From: a bacterium
GTDB lineage: Bacteria; UBA8248
Direction of reading: 5' to 3'
DNA length: 64,000 nt
Assembly (NCBI GenBank): GCA_030922375.1
Contig: JAVEPB010000049.1
Location: 5,074-69,073, forward strand
The notes beneath the pieces were generated by a model. It searched no databases and was not told the origin of the DNA. It saw only the letters and a list, made by a program, of their open reading frames with translations. Shown one piece after another: positions 54,702-64,000 of this stretch. The position numbers and the translations under genes were made by a program. How positions within the stretch are numbered: the first letter of the stretch is position 1; every line of letters starts with the position of its first letter.

Positions 54702-55829
54702 ATGGCCGGTAATCCGTCATTCACCGAGCGCCTCGGCGTCAGGACCATCATCAACGCGCGCGCGCGCCTCTCGCGTCTGGGTGGGTCGCTTATGGCGCCG
54801 GGGGTGTGGGAGGCGATGCAGGACGCGGGCCGGGCCTACCTCGACATGGGAGAGCTCCATGTGCGGGCCGGGGGGCGAATCGCCGAGCTCACCCGGAACG
54901 AGGCGGCCTACGTCACGAGCGGATCGGCGGCCGGGCTCGTACTGACGACGGCGGCCTGCATCACCGGGACCGACCCGGCGAAGATGGACCGCCTGCCCCA
55001 TATCGACGGGCTCAAGAACGAAATCGTAATCCACCGCTTCCAGCGCAACCACTACGACATCAATATTCGCCAGACCGGGGCCCGGCTGGTCGAAATCGGA
55101 AATCAGCGCACAACCCACCCTTGGGAGCTCGAAGGAGCCATCGGCGAGCGAACGGCGGCTGTGATGTATTTTCCGGGCAGATACCTGGGCGCCAATATCC
55201 TCCCGCTCGAAAAAGTCATCGAGATAGCAAAAGGGCGGGGCGTTCCCGTTATCGTGGACGCCGCCGCCCAACTACCGCCGGCTGAAAACCTATGGGCCTA
55301 CTCTGAAATGGGCGCGGACCTGGTGATTTTCAGCGGAGGAAAATCGCTCGCCGGTCCCCAGAACACCGGCCTCATTCTCGGGAGAAAGGACCTTGTCGCC
55401 GCCTGCCGGATGATGGGAAGCCCCTGCTACGCCATCGGTCGGCCGATGAAGGTGGGCCGCGAAGACATCGCTGGGCTTATGGCGGCCCTTGAGCACTACC
55501 TCAACGGCGGCGAACAGGCGCAGGTGGCCCACTGCGAAAAACTCACGGAATTTCTTCTCGAGCGAATTTCGGGTATCGCCGGTCTTTCCGCCCACCGGCG
55601 CTTACCCAACGAACTCGGCCAGGCGCTTCCCGAGGTGGTGGCCGAGCTCGATGAGGCCGCCCTCGGTCTCACGCGGGAGGAATTTATCCGGCGCCTCTGG
55701 GAGGGCGACCCGCGCGTCGAGGTGGGCCCCGACGGAGACCGCGGCTTCTATCTCAGCCCCGATCCTCTTCAGGAGGAGGAAGCGGGGATTTTGATAGAGA
55801 GAATCAAGGAGGTGCTCGCCTCCAAGTAA
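54702..55829 (+). CDS. SelA-like PLP-dependent enzyme (COG1921-type; not a canonical selenocysteine synthase)
   Basis: VTSGSAAGL and FSGGKSLAGPQNTG (the Lys in the SelA-like motif). It is 375 aa and lacks the SelA N-terminal domain. Confidence 0.7.
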   Translation: MAGNPSFTERLGVRTIINARARLSRLGGSLMAPGVWEAMQDAGRAYLDMGELHVRAGGRIAELTRNEAAYVTSGSAAGLVLTTAACITGTDPAKMDRLPHIDGLKNEIVIHRFQRNHYDINIRQTGARLVEIGNQRTTHPWELEGAIGERTAAVMYFPGRYLGANILPLEKVIEIAKGRGVPVIVDAAAQLPPAENLWAYSEMGADLVIFSGGKSLAGPQNTGLILGRKDLVAACRMMGSPCYAIGRPMKVGREDIAGLMAALEHYLNGGEQAQVAHCEKLTEFLLERISGIAGLSAHRRLPNELGQALPEVVAELDEAALGLTREEFIRRLWEGDPRVEVGPDGDRGFYLSPDPLQEEEAGILIERIKEVLASK

Positions 55830-55939
55830 GGCCCAGACCATTCGGGCAGATCGCCGGCTGGACCGCTGGGTTTCTGAACGGTTTTTGATATCATTCAATA
55901 TTAATAAAGGCAGGTTTTTTTCTCGAAAGGAGGCCAACC

Positions 55940-56200
55940 ATGCCCCGTTCAATCAACCGGATGTCTCAGAGAACGAGAAACTGTCTTTTAGGCGTGGCGC
56001 TCTCCGTTCTTGTGCTTTTCGCCGCTGGATGCTCCGAAGAGGAGAAAAAGCCTGTTGTATCCGCGAATCTATGCCTCACACTTCCGAACGGAATGGTGCT
56101 CGGTCCCTACGATACGGACAAGGCGTGCCAAACAGCCCGGGATAACATGCCCGACGGCAAATGCCATATTTGCAAGAACACCGAAAAGAAAAATAAATAA
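55940..56200 (+). CDS. Small Cys-rich lipoprotein, unknown function
   Basis: AGGAGG lies 6 nt upstream. Lipobox LFAAGC. The mature part has 4 Cys (CLTLP, KACQ, KCHIC). Confidence 0.5.
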   Translation: MPRSINRMSQRTRNCLLGVALSVLVLFAAGCSEEEKKPVVSANLCLTLPNGMVLGPYDTDKACQTARDNMPDGKCHICKNTEKKNK

Positions 56201-56342
56201 CCGGATTAAGGCGAATTTTCGATACCCGGTTCCGCACGAATCGCAATCACTTTTTCCTTGCCCCATAGAGAGCGGGTGAATACAATCTATGGGTCTACCC
56301 GGATATACGACTTAGGCGAACACCAATAGAAAGGCCCCAAGA

Positions 56343-57074
56343 ATGCCGGTCATGGTCCAAGCGCGGGACGTTCAAAAATTCTATGGGGATTTTCAGGCCT
56401 TGTGCGGGGTATCGATGGATATCCAGGAGGGCGAGGTAGTCGTCATCTGCGGGCCAAGCGGATCGGGGAAAAGTACTTTCCTCAGGTGTATCAACGGCCT
56501 GGAGAGGATACAGGGAGGCGACATTGTCGTGGACGGCCTTTCTGTGGCCGATCCCAAAACCAACATGAACGAGCTCCGCTCCGAGGTGGGAATGGTTTTT
56601 CAGCAATTCAACCTCTACCCCCACATGACGGCCCTTCAAAACATCACGATTGCCCCCATCAAAGTGCGCGGCTCGAACCGATCCGATGCCGAAAAGGTGG
56701 CGCATGAACTTCTGGGCAAGGTGGGCATCCCCGAAAAGGCGGACAGCTATCCTTCCGAGCTCTCCGGCGGCCAGCAGCAGCGCGTCGCGATCGCGCGGGC
56801 TCTGGCGATGAGCCCCAAGGTGATGCTCTTCGACGAGGCCACGAGCGCTCTTGACCCAGAGGTCATTCACGAGGTCCTTAACGTCATGCTCGATCTGGCC
56901 CGCGACGGTATGACGATGGCCGTCGTCACGCACGAAATGGGTTTCGCGAAAGAAGTGGCGAACCGGGTGGTCTTCATGGACGAGGGGCTCATCGTCGAGA
57001 CGGGCGACCCGAACGTGTTTTTTTCCAACCCCAAGGAAGAGCGATCCAAGCAGTTTCTCGAAAAAATTCTATAG
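56343..57074 (+). CDS. Polar amino-acid ABC transporter ATP-binding protein
   Basis: Walker [10 protein letters not shown], signature [15 protein letters not shown] and Walker B VMLFDE. Confidence 0.9.
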   Translation: MPVMVQARDVQKFYGDFQALCGVSMDIQEGEVVVICGPSGSGKSTFLRCINGLERIQGGDIVVDGLSVADPKTNMNELRSEVGMVFQQFNLYPHMTALQNITIAPIKVRGSNRSDAEKVAHELLGKVGIPEKADSYPSELSGGQQQRVAIARALAMSPKVMLFDEATSALDPEVIHEVLNVMLDLARDGMTMAVVTHEMGFAKEVANRVVFMDEGLIVETGDPNVFFSNPKEERSKQFLEKIL

Positions 57075-57101
57075 TCTTGCCCCGTTCGAATCGCCTTCGC
57101 T

Positions 57102-57782
57102 TTATACCGCCGTCGTATCCTCAATCGAACCGGGTCTTTGCCCGAGGCGGTTGCCCAGCTGTGAAAGCGAGAAACAACAAACGAAATAGATGGCGGCGAT
57201 GAAGGTGAATACCGCGAATGAGGCGTTTTCCCGCCCGTTCACGATGGTGCCCGCGCGGAAGAACTCGATCACCCCGATAACAAAAGCCAGCGATGTGTTC
57301 TTGAACAGGGCCACCGAGCGGTTCACGATGGCCGGCGCCATATTGCGCAAGGCCTGGGGGAGCACGATGTAGCGCATCGCCTGAACGTAGGTCAGTCCCG
57401 TGGAGTAGGCGGCCGCCACCTGGCCCCTTGGGACCGAACCGAGACCCGCCCGCACGATCTCGGCCCCGTAGGAGCCGTTATGAATCATCAGTGCCCACAT
57501 CGCTGCCCAGAACGGGCTCAGGGCAAAACCCACGAGGGGACGGCTCAGGAAGTAAACCCAGACAACGAACATGAGCCCCGGCGTTCCCCGGATCACCTCC
57601 ACCACCGCTGCGGCCGGGCCGCGAAGCCACCAGAGGCTGGAAAAACGCATTGAGCCGAAAACGATGGCAAAGATCCAGCACCCCACCCAACTCAGCGCGA
57701 ACAACTGTAGCGTCAGGCCGAATCCCTGAACGAAAAATCCGAAATTCTCGGGGATGACGTGCCACTTCCAAAATGATTCCAA
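57102..57782 (-). CDS. Amino-acid ABC transporter permease (His/Glu/Gln/Arg/opine family)
   Basis: 226 aa with 5 TM helices and the EAA-like loop AAYSTGLTYVQAMRYIVLPQALR. TTG start. Confidence 0.85.
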   Translation of the reverse strand: MESFWKWHVIPENFGFFVQGFGLTLQLFALSWVGCWIFAIVFGSMRFSSLWWLRGPAAAVVEVIRGTPGLMFVVWVYFLSRPLVGFALSPFWAAMWALMIHNGSYGAEIVRAGLGSVPRGQVAAAYSTGLTYVQAMRYIVLPQALRNMAPAIVNRSVALFKNTSLAFVIGVIEFFRAGTIVNGRENASFAVFTFIAAIYFVCCFSLSQLGNRLGQRPGSIEDTTAV

Positions 57783-57807
57783 AGAAATTCTCCCCCCGGC
57801 CGCCGGC

Positions 57808-58704
57808 TCAGGTGGCCGACCGCACCTTCAGGCCAAACATTCGCTGGCCGAAATAGATCACGCCTACCGTCATGAGGGTCAAAAGCAGGAAAAGTACCGT
57901 TCCGCTGGTATAAGCCTCGAATCCGGCGAAAGTTTCTTCCTCGATTTTCTGCGAGTAAAACATCAGGTCGGTGATGGCGATCGTCATCGCCACTGCGGAA
58001 TTCTTGATGATGTTAAGTACCTGGCTCGACATAGGCGGGATAACGATGACCAGCGCCTGAGGCAGGATAATATGCCGCCAGGTCTGGTAGCGCGACAGTC
58101 CGGTCGAAAACGAAGCTTCCCATTGCCCCTTCGGGATGGACCGGATGCCGGACCGGACCACTTCTCCCATATAGGCGCCGGTATAGAGCGAGAGACCCAG
58201 AATGCAGGCGAAGGTGCTGGGGATCAGCAACTGGGTCCCGAACGGCTCGTTCATGAATACGTTGACGAGCTCCTGGAGGCCGAAATAAGCCCACCACATC
58301 TGGACGAGGAGCGGGATGTTCCTGAAAACCTCCACATAGGAGGTCGAGAAGACGCGGACCCACCGGATTTCCGTTGTCCGCCCGATTCCACAAAAAATGC
58401 CGAGGATCAGGCTGATGACGAGCGACCAGGCGAAGATGTACATCGTCATGCCCACGCCCTTCAGGAGAAACCCCCTGTAGTCCCAGATGACGCCCCAGCG
58501 CCACTGATAGTCGAACTCGGTCTGAAAATCGAAGGGCCACAGGTTGAAGGCGAAATACCAAACGGCGAGGGCCGCCACGCTCCCCCAGGTGAGGAGGAAG
58601 GCCTTGCGCTCCCTGGGCGACTCGAAGGGCTTCCACCGGCGGACCTTCACAATGGCGCCGGATACCCAGCCTCGGTCTTCGCCGCTCACGCGCGCTTCTC
58701 CCAC
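57808..58704 (-). CDS. Amino-acid ABC transporter permease
   Basis: EASFSTGLSRYQTWRHIILPQAL loop. The GTG start at 58704 is uncertain. Confidence 0.85.
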   Translation of the reverse strand: MGEARVSGEDRGWVSGAIVKVRRWKPFESPRERKAFLLTWGSVAALAVWYFAFNLWPFDFQTEFDYQWRWGVIWDYRGFLLKGVGMTMYIFAWSLVISLILGIFCGIGRTTEIRWVRVFSTSYVEVFRNIPLLVQMWWAYFGLQELVNVFMNEPFGTQLLIPSTFACILGLSLYTGAYMGEVVRSGIRSIPKGQWEASFSTGLSRYQTWRHIILPQALVIVIPPMSSQVLNIIKNSAVAMTIAITDLMFYSQKIEEETFAGFEAYTSGTVLFLLLTLMTVGVIYFGQRMFGLKVRSAT

Positions 58705-58776
58705 GGCATGGCGGCCGCCCCCCGCCGGGGAGCGGCCGTTCGCCGGTTCATCGCAGCAATAAGATTGAAGCGCAAC

Positions 58777-59580
58777 TTATTTCGGATACCAGGGAAGCGT
58801 GAAATCCGGATCCCGGCCGAACCACTTTCGCCAGATTGCGTGATAGCGCTTGGTTTCCCAGAGTTCGAGGAGAACCTCGTTGACGAAATCGCGCCAGTCG
58901 GAATCGTTTTCCCGAAGACCCATTCCGTAAGGTTCGATGGTGTAGAGCTTGCCCGGAACGACGAGTTCTGGATTGTTCTTCGCCATCCACTGCAGCAGGA
59001 TGTCGTCCGTGACCATGGCGTCCACTTTTTTCTGTTTCAGGGCGAGAAGGTTTTCGGTGTGCTCCTGGAAGGGAACGATGATCGCCTTGGGCTGGACCTT
59101 GAGCAGGTTGGGTCCCGCGTTCCCGCCCTGAACGGAGGCAACGCGCTTGCCGGCGAGCTGGGAGATATGCTTGATGCCCGTATCTTTGCGTGTGATGAAT
59201 CGCTGGCCCGTGATGAGATAGTGCATCGAAAAATCGATGACCTTATCGCGAGAGCGCTTATGCGTCATGGTGGCGGCGATGAGATCGACGTTTCCGTTGA
59301 CAATGAGCGGAATCCGCGTTTTTGAGAGCGCCTGGACGAATTTGGTCTTAACGCCAAGCTTCTTGGCGATCTCATTGACGAGGTCAACGTCGAATCCGTC
59401 TGGTTTGCCGGTTTTTTTGTTGATGAAACCCATCGGCGGAAAATCGAACTTCACTCCCGCGACGAGCACCCCCCGCTTTTTTATCTTTGCCAATGTCGAC
59501 TCGGCGGAGTATGAATTTGGCACCGCCAAAAACGTTACGGCCACGGCCAAACTGAGTATCGCCAACGCAATCCGTTTCAT
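58777..59580 (-). CDS. Amino-acid ABC transporter substrate-binding protein (family 3)
   Basis: ATG 59580 (AAGGAGGGG upstream). Signal MKRIALAILSLAVAVTFLAV, then GVLVAGVKFDFPPMGF...GFDVDL. Confidence 0.85.
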   Translation of the reverse strand: MKRIALAILSLAVAVTFLAVPNSYSAESTLAKIKKRGVLVAGVKFDFPPMGFINKKTGKPDGFDVDLVNEIAKKLGVKTKFVQALSKTRIPLIVNGNVDLIAATMTHKRSRDKVIDFSMHYLITGQRFITRKDTGIKHISQLAGKRVASVQGGNAGPNLLKVQPKAIIVPFQEHTENLLALKQKKVDAMVTDDILLQWMAKNNPELVVPGKLYTIEPYGMGLRENDSDWRDFVNEVLLELWETKRYHAIWRKWFGRDPDFTLPWYPK

Positions 59581-59786
59581 TGCTCCCCTCCTTAATTTTG
59601 GAAAGTGGGATAACACATTGAAACAGCGGGTGAAACCCGAGGATCTCCTCTCTTTTCGAGCCGGTTTTTCGTCAAAAGGAATTAAGATTACTATTCTAAA
59701 TAGTGGGTGTTGTTGTCAAGAGGTTATTTTCTGTCCTTGACGGCCCGGGGATATTAATCCGGAACTGAATCAGGGGGCTATTTTCC

Positions 59787-60761
59787 GTGAACGAATCCAT
59801 CATGGCTCCGACGGCCAGGCGTCTTGTCGAAAGGGTATTGGCCGTTCGGCCCGGTGAGAGGGTGCTCCTTCTCACCGACCCGACCCGGCCCGCCTCGATT
59901 ACGCAGGCGCTTGCCCACGCCATCACGGCCGCCGGGGGAGAGTTGGCCCTCATGTACATGAAACCGGTCACGATGGGTGGTGTCGAGCCGCCCGGTCACA
60001 TTGCCGCGGCCATGAAAGCATCAGAGTGCATCTATCTCCAGGGGAGCTTCGCGGCAACGCACACCGATGCCGTCCGGGAGGCACTTGCAGCCGGAGCGCG
60101 TGTGGTGGACATGTGGGGTTTCGAGGAAGAAATGATGACTGTCGGCGGCGCGGTGGCGGACTACGAAGAGATAGGCGGAATCACCCGAAAGCTAGGAGAG
60201 CGGTTGAATACAGCTCGAGAGGGCCGATTTACCACGCCGGATGGATGCGACATGACCTTTTCGCTTGAGGGAAGAGAGTGCGTCGAATTCAACGGAATCG
60301 CGGCCGAGCCGGGTCAGATCACCGCCTGCCCGGATGGTGAGGGAGCGATTGGCCCGGTTGAAGGATCGGCGGAAGGTGTCATGGTCAATCCTGTGTCCGT
60401 CGAACACGGGGAATTGGGGTTCGTCTCAGAGCCCATGCGGCTTGAAGTATCCGGTGGTCATGTGAAATCGGTGACCGGCAGTCCTACTGCCGAGCGATTC
60501 CGGCGAATACTTGAGGAAGGTGGAGATGAGGCATGCAACATTGCGGAATTCGCGGTGGGAACCAACCCCGGATGTCGGAAGAATGTTACTTTGCGGGAAG
60601 CCAAAACGGCATGGGGCACTTGTCATATGGCGGTGGGGGACAACAGGACCCTGGGAGGAAGTGTTTTTGCTCCGTTGCATGTGGACATGATTTTTCATCG
60701 TCCCACGGTGTGGCTGGACGAACAGATCATTGTCCGGGATGGGGAGATTGTTGGCCTTTGA
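59787..60761 (+). CDS. Aminopeptidase-T (M29)-fold protein, paralog of 47994..48968
   Basis: PGERVLLLTDP, NIAEFAVGTN, GTCHMAVGDN and HVDMIF are collinear with the 47994 gene. Confidence 0.7.
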   Translation: MNESIMAPTARRLVERVLAVRPGERVLLLTDPTRPASITQALAHAITAAGGELALMYMKPVTMGGVEPPGHIAAAMKASECIYLQGSFAATHTDAVREALAAGARVVDMWGFEEEMMTVGGAVADYEEIGGITRKLGERLNTAREGRFTTPDGCDMTFSLEGRECVEFNGIAAEPGQITACPDGEGAIGPVEGSAEGVMVNPVSVEHGELGFVSEPMRLEVSGGHVKSVTGSPTAERFRRILEEGGDEACNIAEFAVGTNPGCRKNVTLREAKTAWGTCHMAVGDNRTLGGSVFAPLHVDMIFHRPTVWLDEQIIVRDGEIVGL

Positions 60762-60821
60762 ACCCGAGAAGCGAATAGCAGAATAATTTCTGCATGACCT
60801 GATTGTTTCAAAATCCATTCC

Positions 60822-60852
60822 CATGGCTCCCTTTAATTCGCCATGCACAGGT
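60822..60852. repeat. PAL family copy P4
   Basis: CATGGCTCCCTTTAATTCGCCATGCACAGGT. Its right 16 nt, TTCGCCATGCACAGGT, are identical to P2. Confidence 0.6.
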
Positions 60853-60877
60853 AATTCATCACCCGGGAATCAAAATA

Positions 60878-61489
60878 TTAAGCGCTCACCAGAAAAACCA
60901 CCCCTGCCGTAGCGATGAACCCACCAACGGCTTCGCGCCAATGCATGCCGGAAATGCCCGCCCGGCGTATGACGCTTCCCGCCCCTGAGCCCATTACGAG
61001 CAGGATCGATGTCGCCAGGATAAATCCCGCGCTATAAAGCGCTGGCATAACGGCTTGCGGAATTTCCGCGCCATGAGCGTAACCGTGAAAAACGGCGAAT
61101 AAGCCGGCCATTCCTAGACCTTTCACCACACCCGTATTCCACGACAGCGCAATGACAATACCTACAACAAGAACCGAAAGAGCAATTCCCGCTTCCGCAA
61201 AGGGCAGCGATATTCCGGTCATCCCCGCCACACCGCCTACAAGCATCATTGCGGCAAACAACGCGGGCAGTTTCCAGGCCGTGTCTTTTCCCATCTGCCC
61301 GGCCCAGAAGCCCACGCCCAGCATGACCAGCACATGATCGAGACCGCCGAGGGGGTGAAGGAACCCCGCGCCAAACCCCGCGCCATGGGCACCGAAGGTA
61401 TGCGCCTCCGATACGCCGGCAAACCCCAGAACAGCCAAAGCCGAAAAAGCCGCGGTACAATATTTTCGAATCATTCCTTTCGTCTCCAT
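60878..61489 (-). CDS. hupE: HupE/UreJ-family Ni/Co transporter
   Basis: HPLGGLDHVLVMLGVGFWAG and FHGYAHG. 6 TM helices and a signal peptide. Confidence 0.85.
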   Translation of the reverse strand: METKGMIRKYCTAAFSALAVLGFAGVSEAHTFGAHGAGFGAGFLHPLGGLDHVLVMLGVGFWAGQMGKDTAWKLPALFAAMMLVGGVAGMTGISLPFAEAGIALSVLVVGIVIALSWNTGVVKGLGMAGLFAVFHGYAHGAEIPQAVMPALYSAGFILATSILLVMGSGAGSVIRRAGISGMHWREAVGGFIATAGVVFLVSA

Positions 61490-61492
61490 CGG

Positions 61493-62353
61493 TTAAAATT
61501 TTCTTAAACGAACCGCCTTGCGGCCCAAAACCGAAAGACGTGCAACTTTCCAAACCTCATCGAACGCCCACCTGAGTCTGACGGGAGACTCGGCCAGCCA
61601 GCGCACCATTACCCCGGGGCCTTCAAGATGGCAGGCGCCTCCCGAAACACCTCCCGCGTCCGACAGAATTTTGTCCAATTCCTCGGTTACTTTGTCCAGC
61701 ACGGATTCTTTTCCCCCAAGCACGTAAAAAGACCCCAAATAGGGAAAGGGCTCGAACAGGCCCAGCGAGCATGGGTCCATCCGATCCGGGCGAATCTCCA
61801 TGGCATCGGTTAACAAGGGAACGCCGTTCAGCCTCGCATCGACACGGAGCGCCACCTCGGTGAAATCGAAAGATTCACCCATAGCAACTCTGCCCTGATA
61901 AAGGGTCTCGCCATAAAGCAATCGCGCGCCTTCGGCAAGATCCAGCGCAACCTCCTGCCGGTACCGGGAACCCGCGAACGGAATGATCGGATCCGGGATA
62001 AACTCGAGCACCGAATCTTTTTCCAATCGGATCCTCGTCCGGGAAACCACCGACTCGTCCGCCGTTCGGTAGATTCGGGTCGCTCCCTGCGTGGTGAATA
62101 GAACTTGCGCCCCCTCGCCCAGGAAAATCTCCGTTTCCAGGAAATCCCCGCCAACCGATCCGCCTGTCGGATTAATCAATGTGAGGTGGGCCGGCTCCTC
62201 TCCTTCGGGATAAAGCGGACGGATAATCTGGAGAGGAACCCTGAAATAACTGTCTCTGAGAATGGTTCGCCCGCGCGAGCGCTCGAACCGGGCGCTCGCG
62301 TAGCCATGCCGGCCGATCTGGGAGGGTGCCAGTACCGGAGCGACTATATTCAT
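61493..62353 (-). CDS. ureD: Urease accessory protein UreD/UreH
   Basis: [17 protein letters not shown]...[11 protein letters not shown]. Confidence 0.85.
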   Translation of the reverse strand: MNIVAPVLAPSQIGRHGYASARFERSRGRTILRDSYFRVPLQIIRPLYPEGEEPAHLTLINPTGGSVGGDFLETEIFLGEGAQVLFTTQGATRIYRTADESVVSRTRIRLEKDSVLEFIPDPIIPFAGSRYRQEVALDLAEGARLLYGETLYQGRVAMGESFDFTEVALRVDARLNGVPLLTDAMEIRPDRMDPCSLGLFEPFPYLGSFYVLGGKESVLDKVTEELDKILSDAGGVSGGACHLEGPGVMVRWLAESPVRLRWAFDEVWKVARLSVLGRKAVRLRKF

Positions 62354-62958
62354 GCTTCCACGAACAGGACTTCGGTTTCGATCCAGTGAATCACCTCGGT
62401 CAGCCCTTCCTCTGATTTCAGGTTGGTGAACAGGAAGGGTTTTTCGCCACGCATTTTTTTCGCGTCACGTTCCATCACCTCGAGACTCGCGCCGACCAGC
62501 GGCGCCAGATCGGTTTTGTTGATCAGCAACAACTCGGATCGCGTGATGCCGGGGCCTCCCTTCCGGGGAATTTTGTCTCCCGCCGACACGTCGATGACAT
62601 AAATCGAAGCGTCAACCAGCTCCGGGCTGAATGTCGCCGCGAGATTGTCCCCGCCGCTCTCGATGAAAAGAATGTCGAGGGGTGCGTGTTTCCGCATCAG
62701 GTTCTCCATCGCCTCGCGATTGAGCGAAATATCCTCCCGGATAGCCGTATGCGGGCATCCGCCCGTTTCGACCCCCTCTATCCGGTCGGGGGGGAGCGCG
62801 CCGCTTCGCGTGAGGAACTGGGCGTCCTCCTTGGTATAGATATCGTTGGTAACCACGGCGATAGAGTATTTGCCGCGAAGCGACTGGCAGAGCTTGTCCA
62901 CCAGTGCGGTCTTGCCCGAGCCGACGGGACCGCCCACCCCGATCTTTACCGGTTCCAT
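62350..62958 (-). CDS. ureG: Urease accessory GTPase UreG
   Basis: [13 protein letters not shown] and [15 protein letters not shown]...ESGGDNL. Confidence 0.95.
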   Translation of the reverse strand: MEPVKIGVGGPVGSGKTALVDKLCQSLRGKYSIAVVTNDIYTKEDAQFLTRSGALPPDRIEGVETGGCPHTAIREDISLNREAMENLMRKHAPLDILFIESGGDNLAATFSPELVDASIYVIDVSAGDKIPRKGGPGITRSELLLINKTDLAPLVGASLEVMERDAKKMRGEKPFLFTNLKSEEGLTEVIHWIETEVLFVEA

Positions 62959-62967
62959 ATTTTTCTC

Positions 62968-63657
62968 CTATGACACAAAAAGCCGGGTATATAGCCGTTG
63001 GTGCGCCATCGCCCGTATCTCGTGGCCGGGGCCCAGCGAGAAGGCCGCATCGAGCGGGCGCGCCATCGCCTCATTCACCGCGCCAAAGGCCACGGATTCG
63101 AGAGAAGCGATCACTCGCTGGCCGTCCGTCTGACCCAACGGGATAAGTCGCACCGCCGAAGAGACCAGGCCCGACACCGTTCCGTAGCAATAAGATTCAA
63201 GCGCCTGCTCACAGGAAAACCCCAGCGCCTGGGCCGCCACACCAAAGGAAAGAGGATAGTGGCCGGGAGAGTTTCCGGCCCGCACCTCGCTCTCGTACCG
63301 GATTGTAAATTCGCTCTCCACGTAACCCACCGCCGTCCTCAAAAACTGCCTGCCCACGCTTTTGCTTGCATCCCGGAGGGAAGCCACCGGTCTTGCGGCG
63401 GAAAACGCCAAATCGAGCGCCATCAAGGCCGCCAGATCCTTCTTTTCCGAAAAATTCCAGGCTTCCCGTAGATACACCCCGTCGAGCGTGGCCACACTGG
63501 CGGAAAGAACATTTTCGATGAATTCGGCCAGTGAATCCGCATCGGAAATTGTTCCTTCCTGAACATAGGTCTCCAGCCCCATCGAATGAGCGAAAGCCCC
63601 GCGCGGAAAAGCGGAGTCGGAGATTTGCAACAGACGAAATAGAGATTTGTCAGTCAT
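62968..63657 (-). CDS. ureF: Urease accessory protein UreF
   Basis: LLQISDSAFPRGAFAHSMGLETYV. Confidence 0.85.
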   Translation of the reverse strand: MTDKSLFRLLQISDSAFPRGAFAHSMGLETYVQEGTISDADSLAEFIENVLSASVATLDGVYLREAWNFSEKKDLAALMALDLAFSAARPVASLRDASKSVGRQFLRTAVGYVESEFTIRYESEVRAGNSPGHYPLSFGVAAQALGFSCEQALESYCYGTVSGLVSSAVRLIPLGQTDGQRVIASLESVAFGAVNEAMARPLDAAFSLGPGHEIRAMAHQRLYTRLFVS

Positions 63658-63660
63658 CGG

Positions 63661-64000
63661 CTAGTGGTGGTGAGAGTGAAAAGCGCCGAAGCTGTGTGTG
63701 AAGGGCTCGATAGTCCGCCCGCACCGTACGCCCAGCTTCTTGAAATACTCTTCGATAACACCATCATACGGCGTCAGCACCCGCTCTTTTTCCACAGCGA
63801 CCGGGGCATGCCGGTTCCCGACCTGATAGGCGATTCGGGCAAGCTCCTCCGCCGAATCGGCATATAACACCAGAACATCCTCCGGGACGGTGCTTACCGC
63901 CACAACCCGCTCGCCATCCTCAAAAAGAACATCACCCTCGGCGAGCGCCTGCCCGGTCGGCAGGGCGATTCCGAACTCGGTTCCGGCGTCGGACTTCACC
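63661..64000 (-). CDS. ureE: Urease accessory metallochaperone UreE (5' end outside the window)
   Basis: ARIAYQVGNRHAPV and a His-rich tail FHSHHH. The ORF is open to the window edge. Confidence 0.85.
   Translation of the reverse strand, partial: VKSDAGTEFGIALPTGQALAEGDVLFEDGERVVAVSTVPEDVLVLYADSAEELARIAYQVGNRHAPVAVEKERVLTPYDGVIEEYFKKLGVRCGRTIEPFTHSFGAFHSHHH

Noticed and set aside
57754-59325. 523-aa plus-strand ORF
   Set aside because: It is antisense to two well-supported ABC transporter genes (permease and binding protein), and I recognise no motif.
1-64000. CRISPR arrays, rRNA and tRNA genes
   Set aside because: I saw no regularly spaced short direct repeats with unique spacers. The repeats found are irregularly dispersed and heterogeneous. 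I noticed no rRNA-like or cloverleaf-compatible segments, though a tRNAscan/Infernal run would be needed to be certain.

Overview
GC-rich bacterial chromosomal segment. I saw no rRNA, tRNA or CRISPR array. It carries about 60 protein genes.

Gene content is mostly solute uptake and peripheral catabolism:
- Transport: TctABC, a TAXI-TRAP system, an amino-acid ABC system and an EamA exporter.
- Enzymes: two UbiD decarboxylases, two luciferase-like (LLM) oxidoreductases, three cyclase-family hydrolases, MmgE/PrpD, CocE/NonD, M20/M24/M29-like folds, two alpha/beta-hydrolase paralogs, SDR, a DHDPS-family lyase, two cupins and a cytoplasmic molybdopterin oxidoreductase.

Landmarks:
1. A UGA-recoded UGSC-motif selenoprotein (2862-3713) that the ORF track splits into two ORFs. 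It lies in a CoA-transferase / unknown protein / TctCBA operon.
2. An 11-gene formate dehydrogenase locus (20050-31532). Its catalytic subunit also needs UGA->Sec read-through, at 25848. The locus includes a 730-aa polyferredoxin, a TorD-like chaperone, an NrfD-type membrane subunit, a cytochrome c and an FG-GAP propeller protein.
3. A Co-type nitrile hydratase whose beta subunit is split into two translationally coupled genes (52528-54214).
4. Urease accessory genes ureE-F-G-D plus hupE at the right edge.
5. A truncated DDE transposase relic (8361-8933).
6. A mosaic family of short intergenic repeats that bracket single genes, plus a 37-nt palindromic element family.
7. An apparent frameshift at a G8 run in one hydrolase paralog.

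No transcription-factor gene is recognisable in the window. All functional calls come from motif recognition by eye on the supplied translations. No database search was run.
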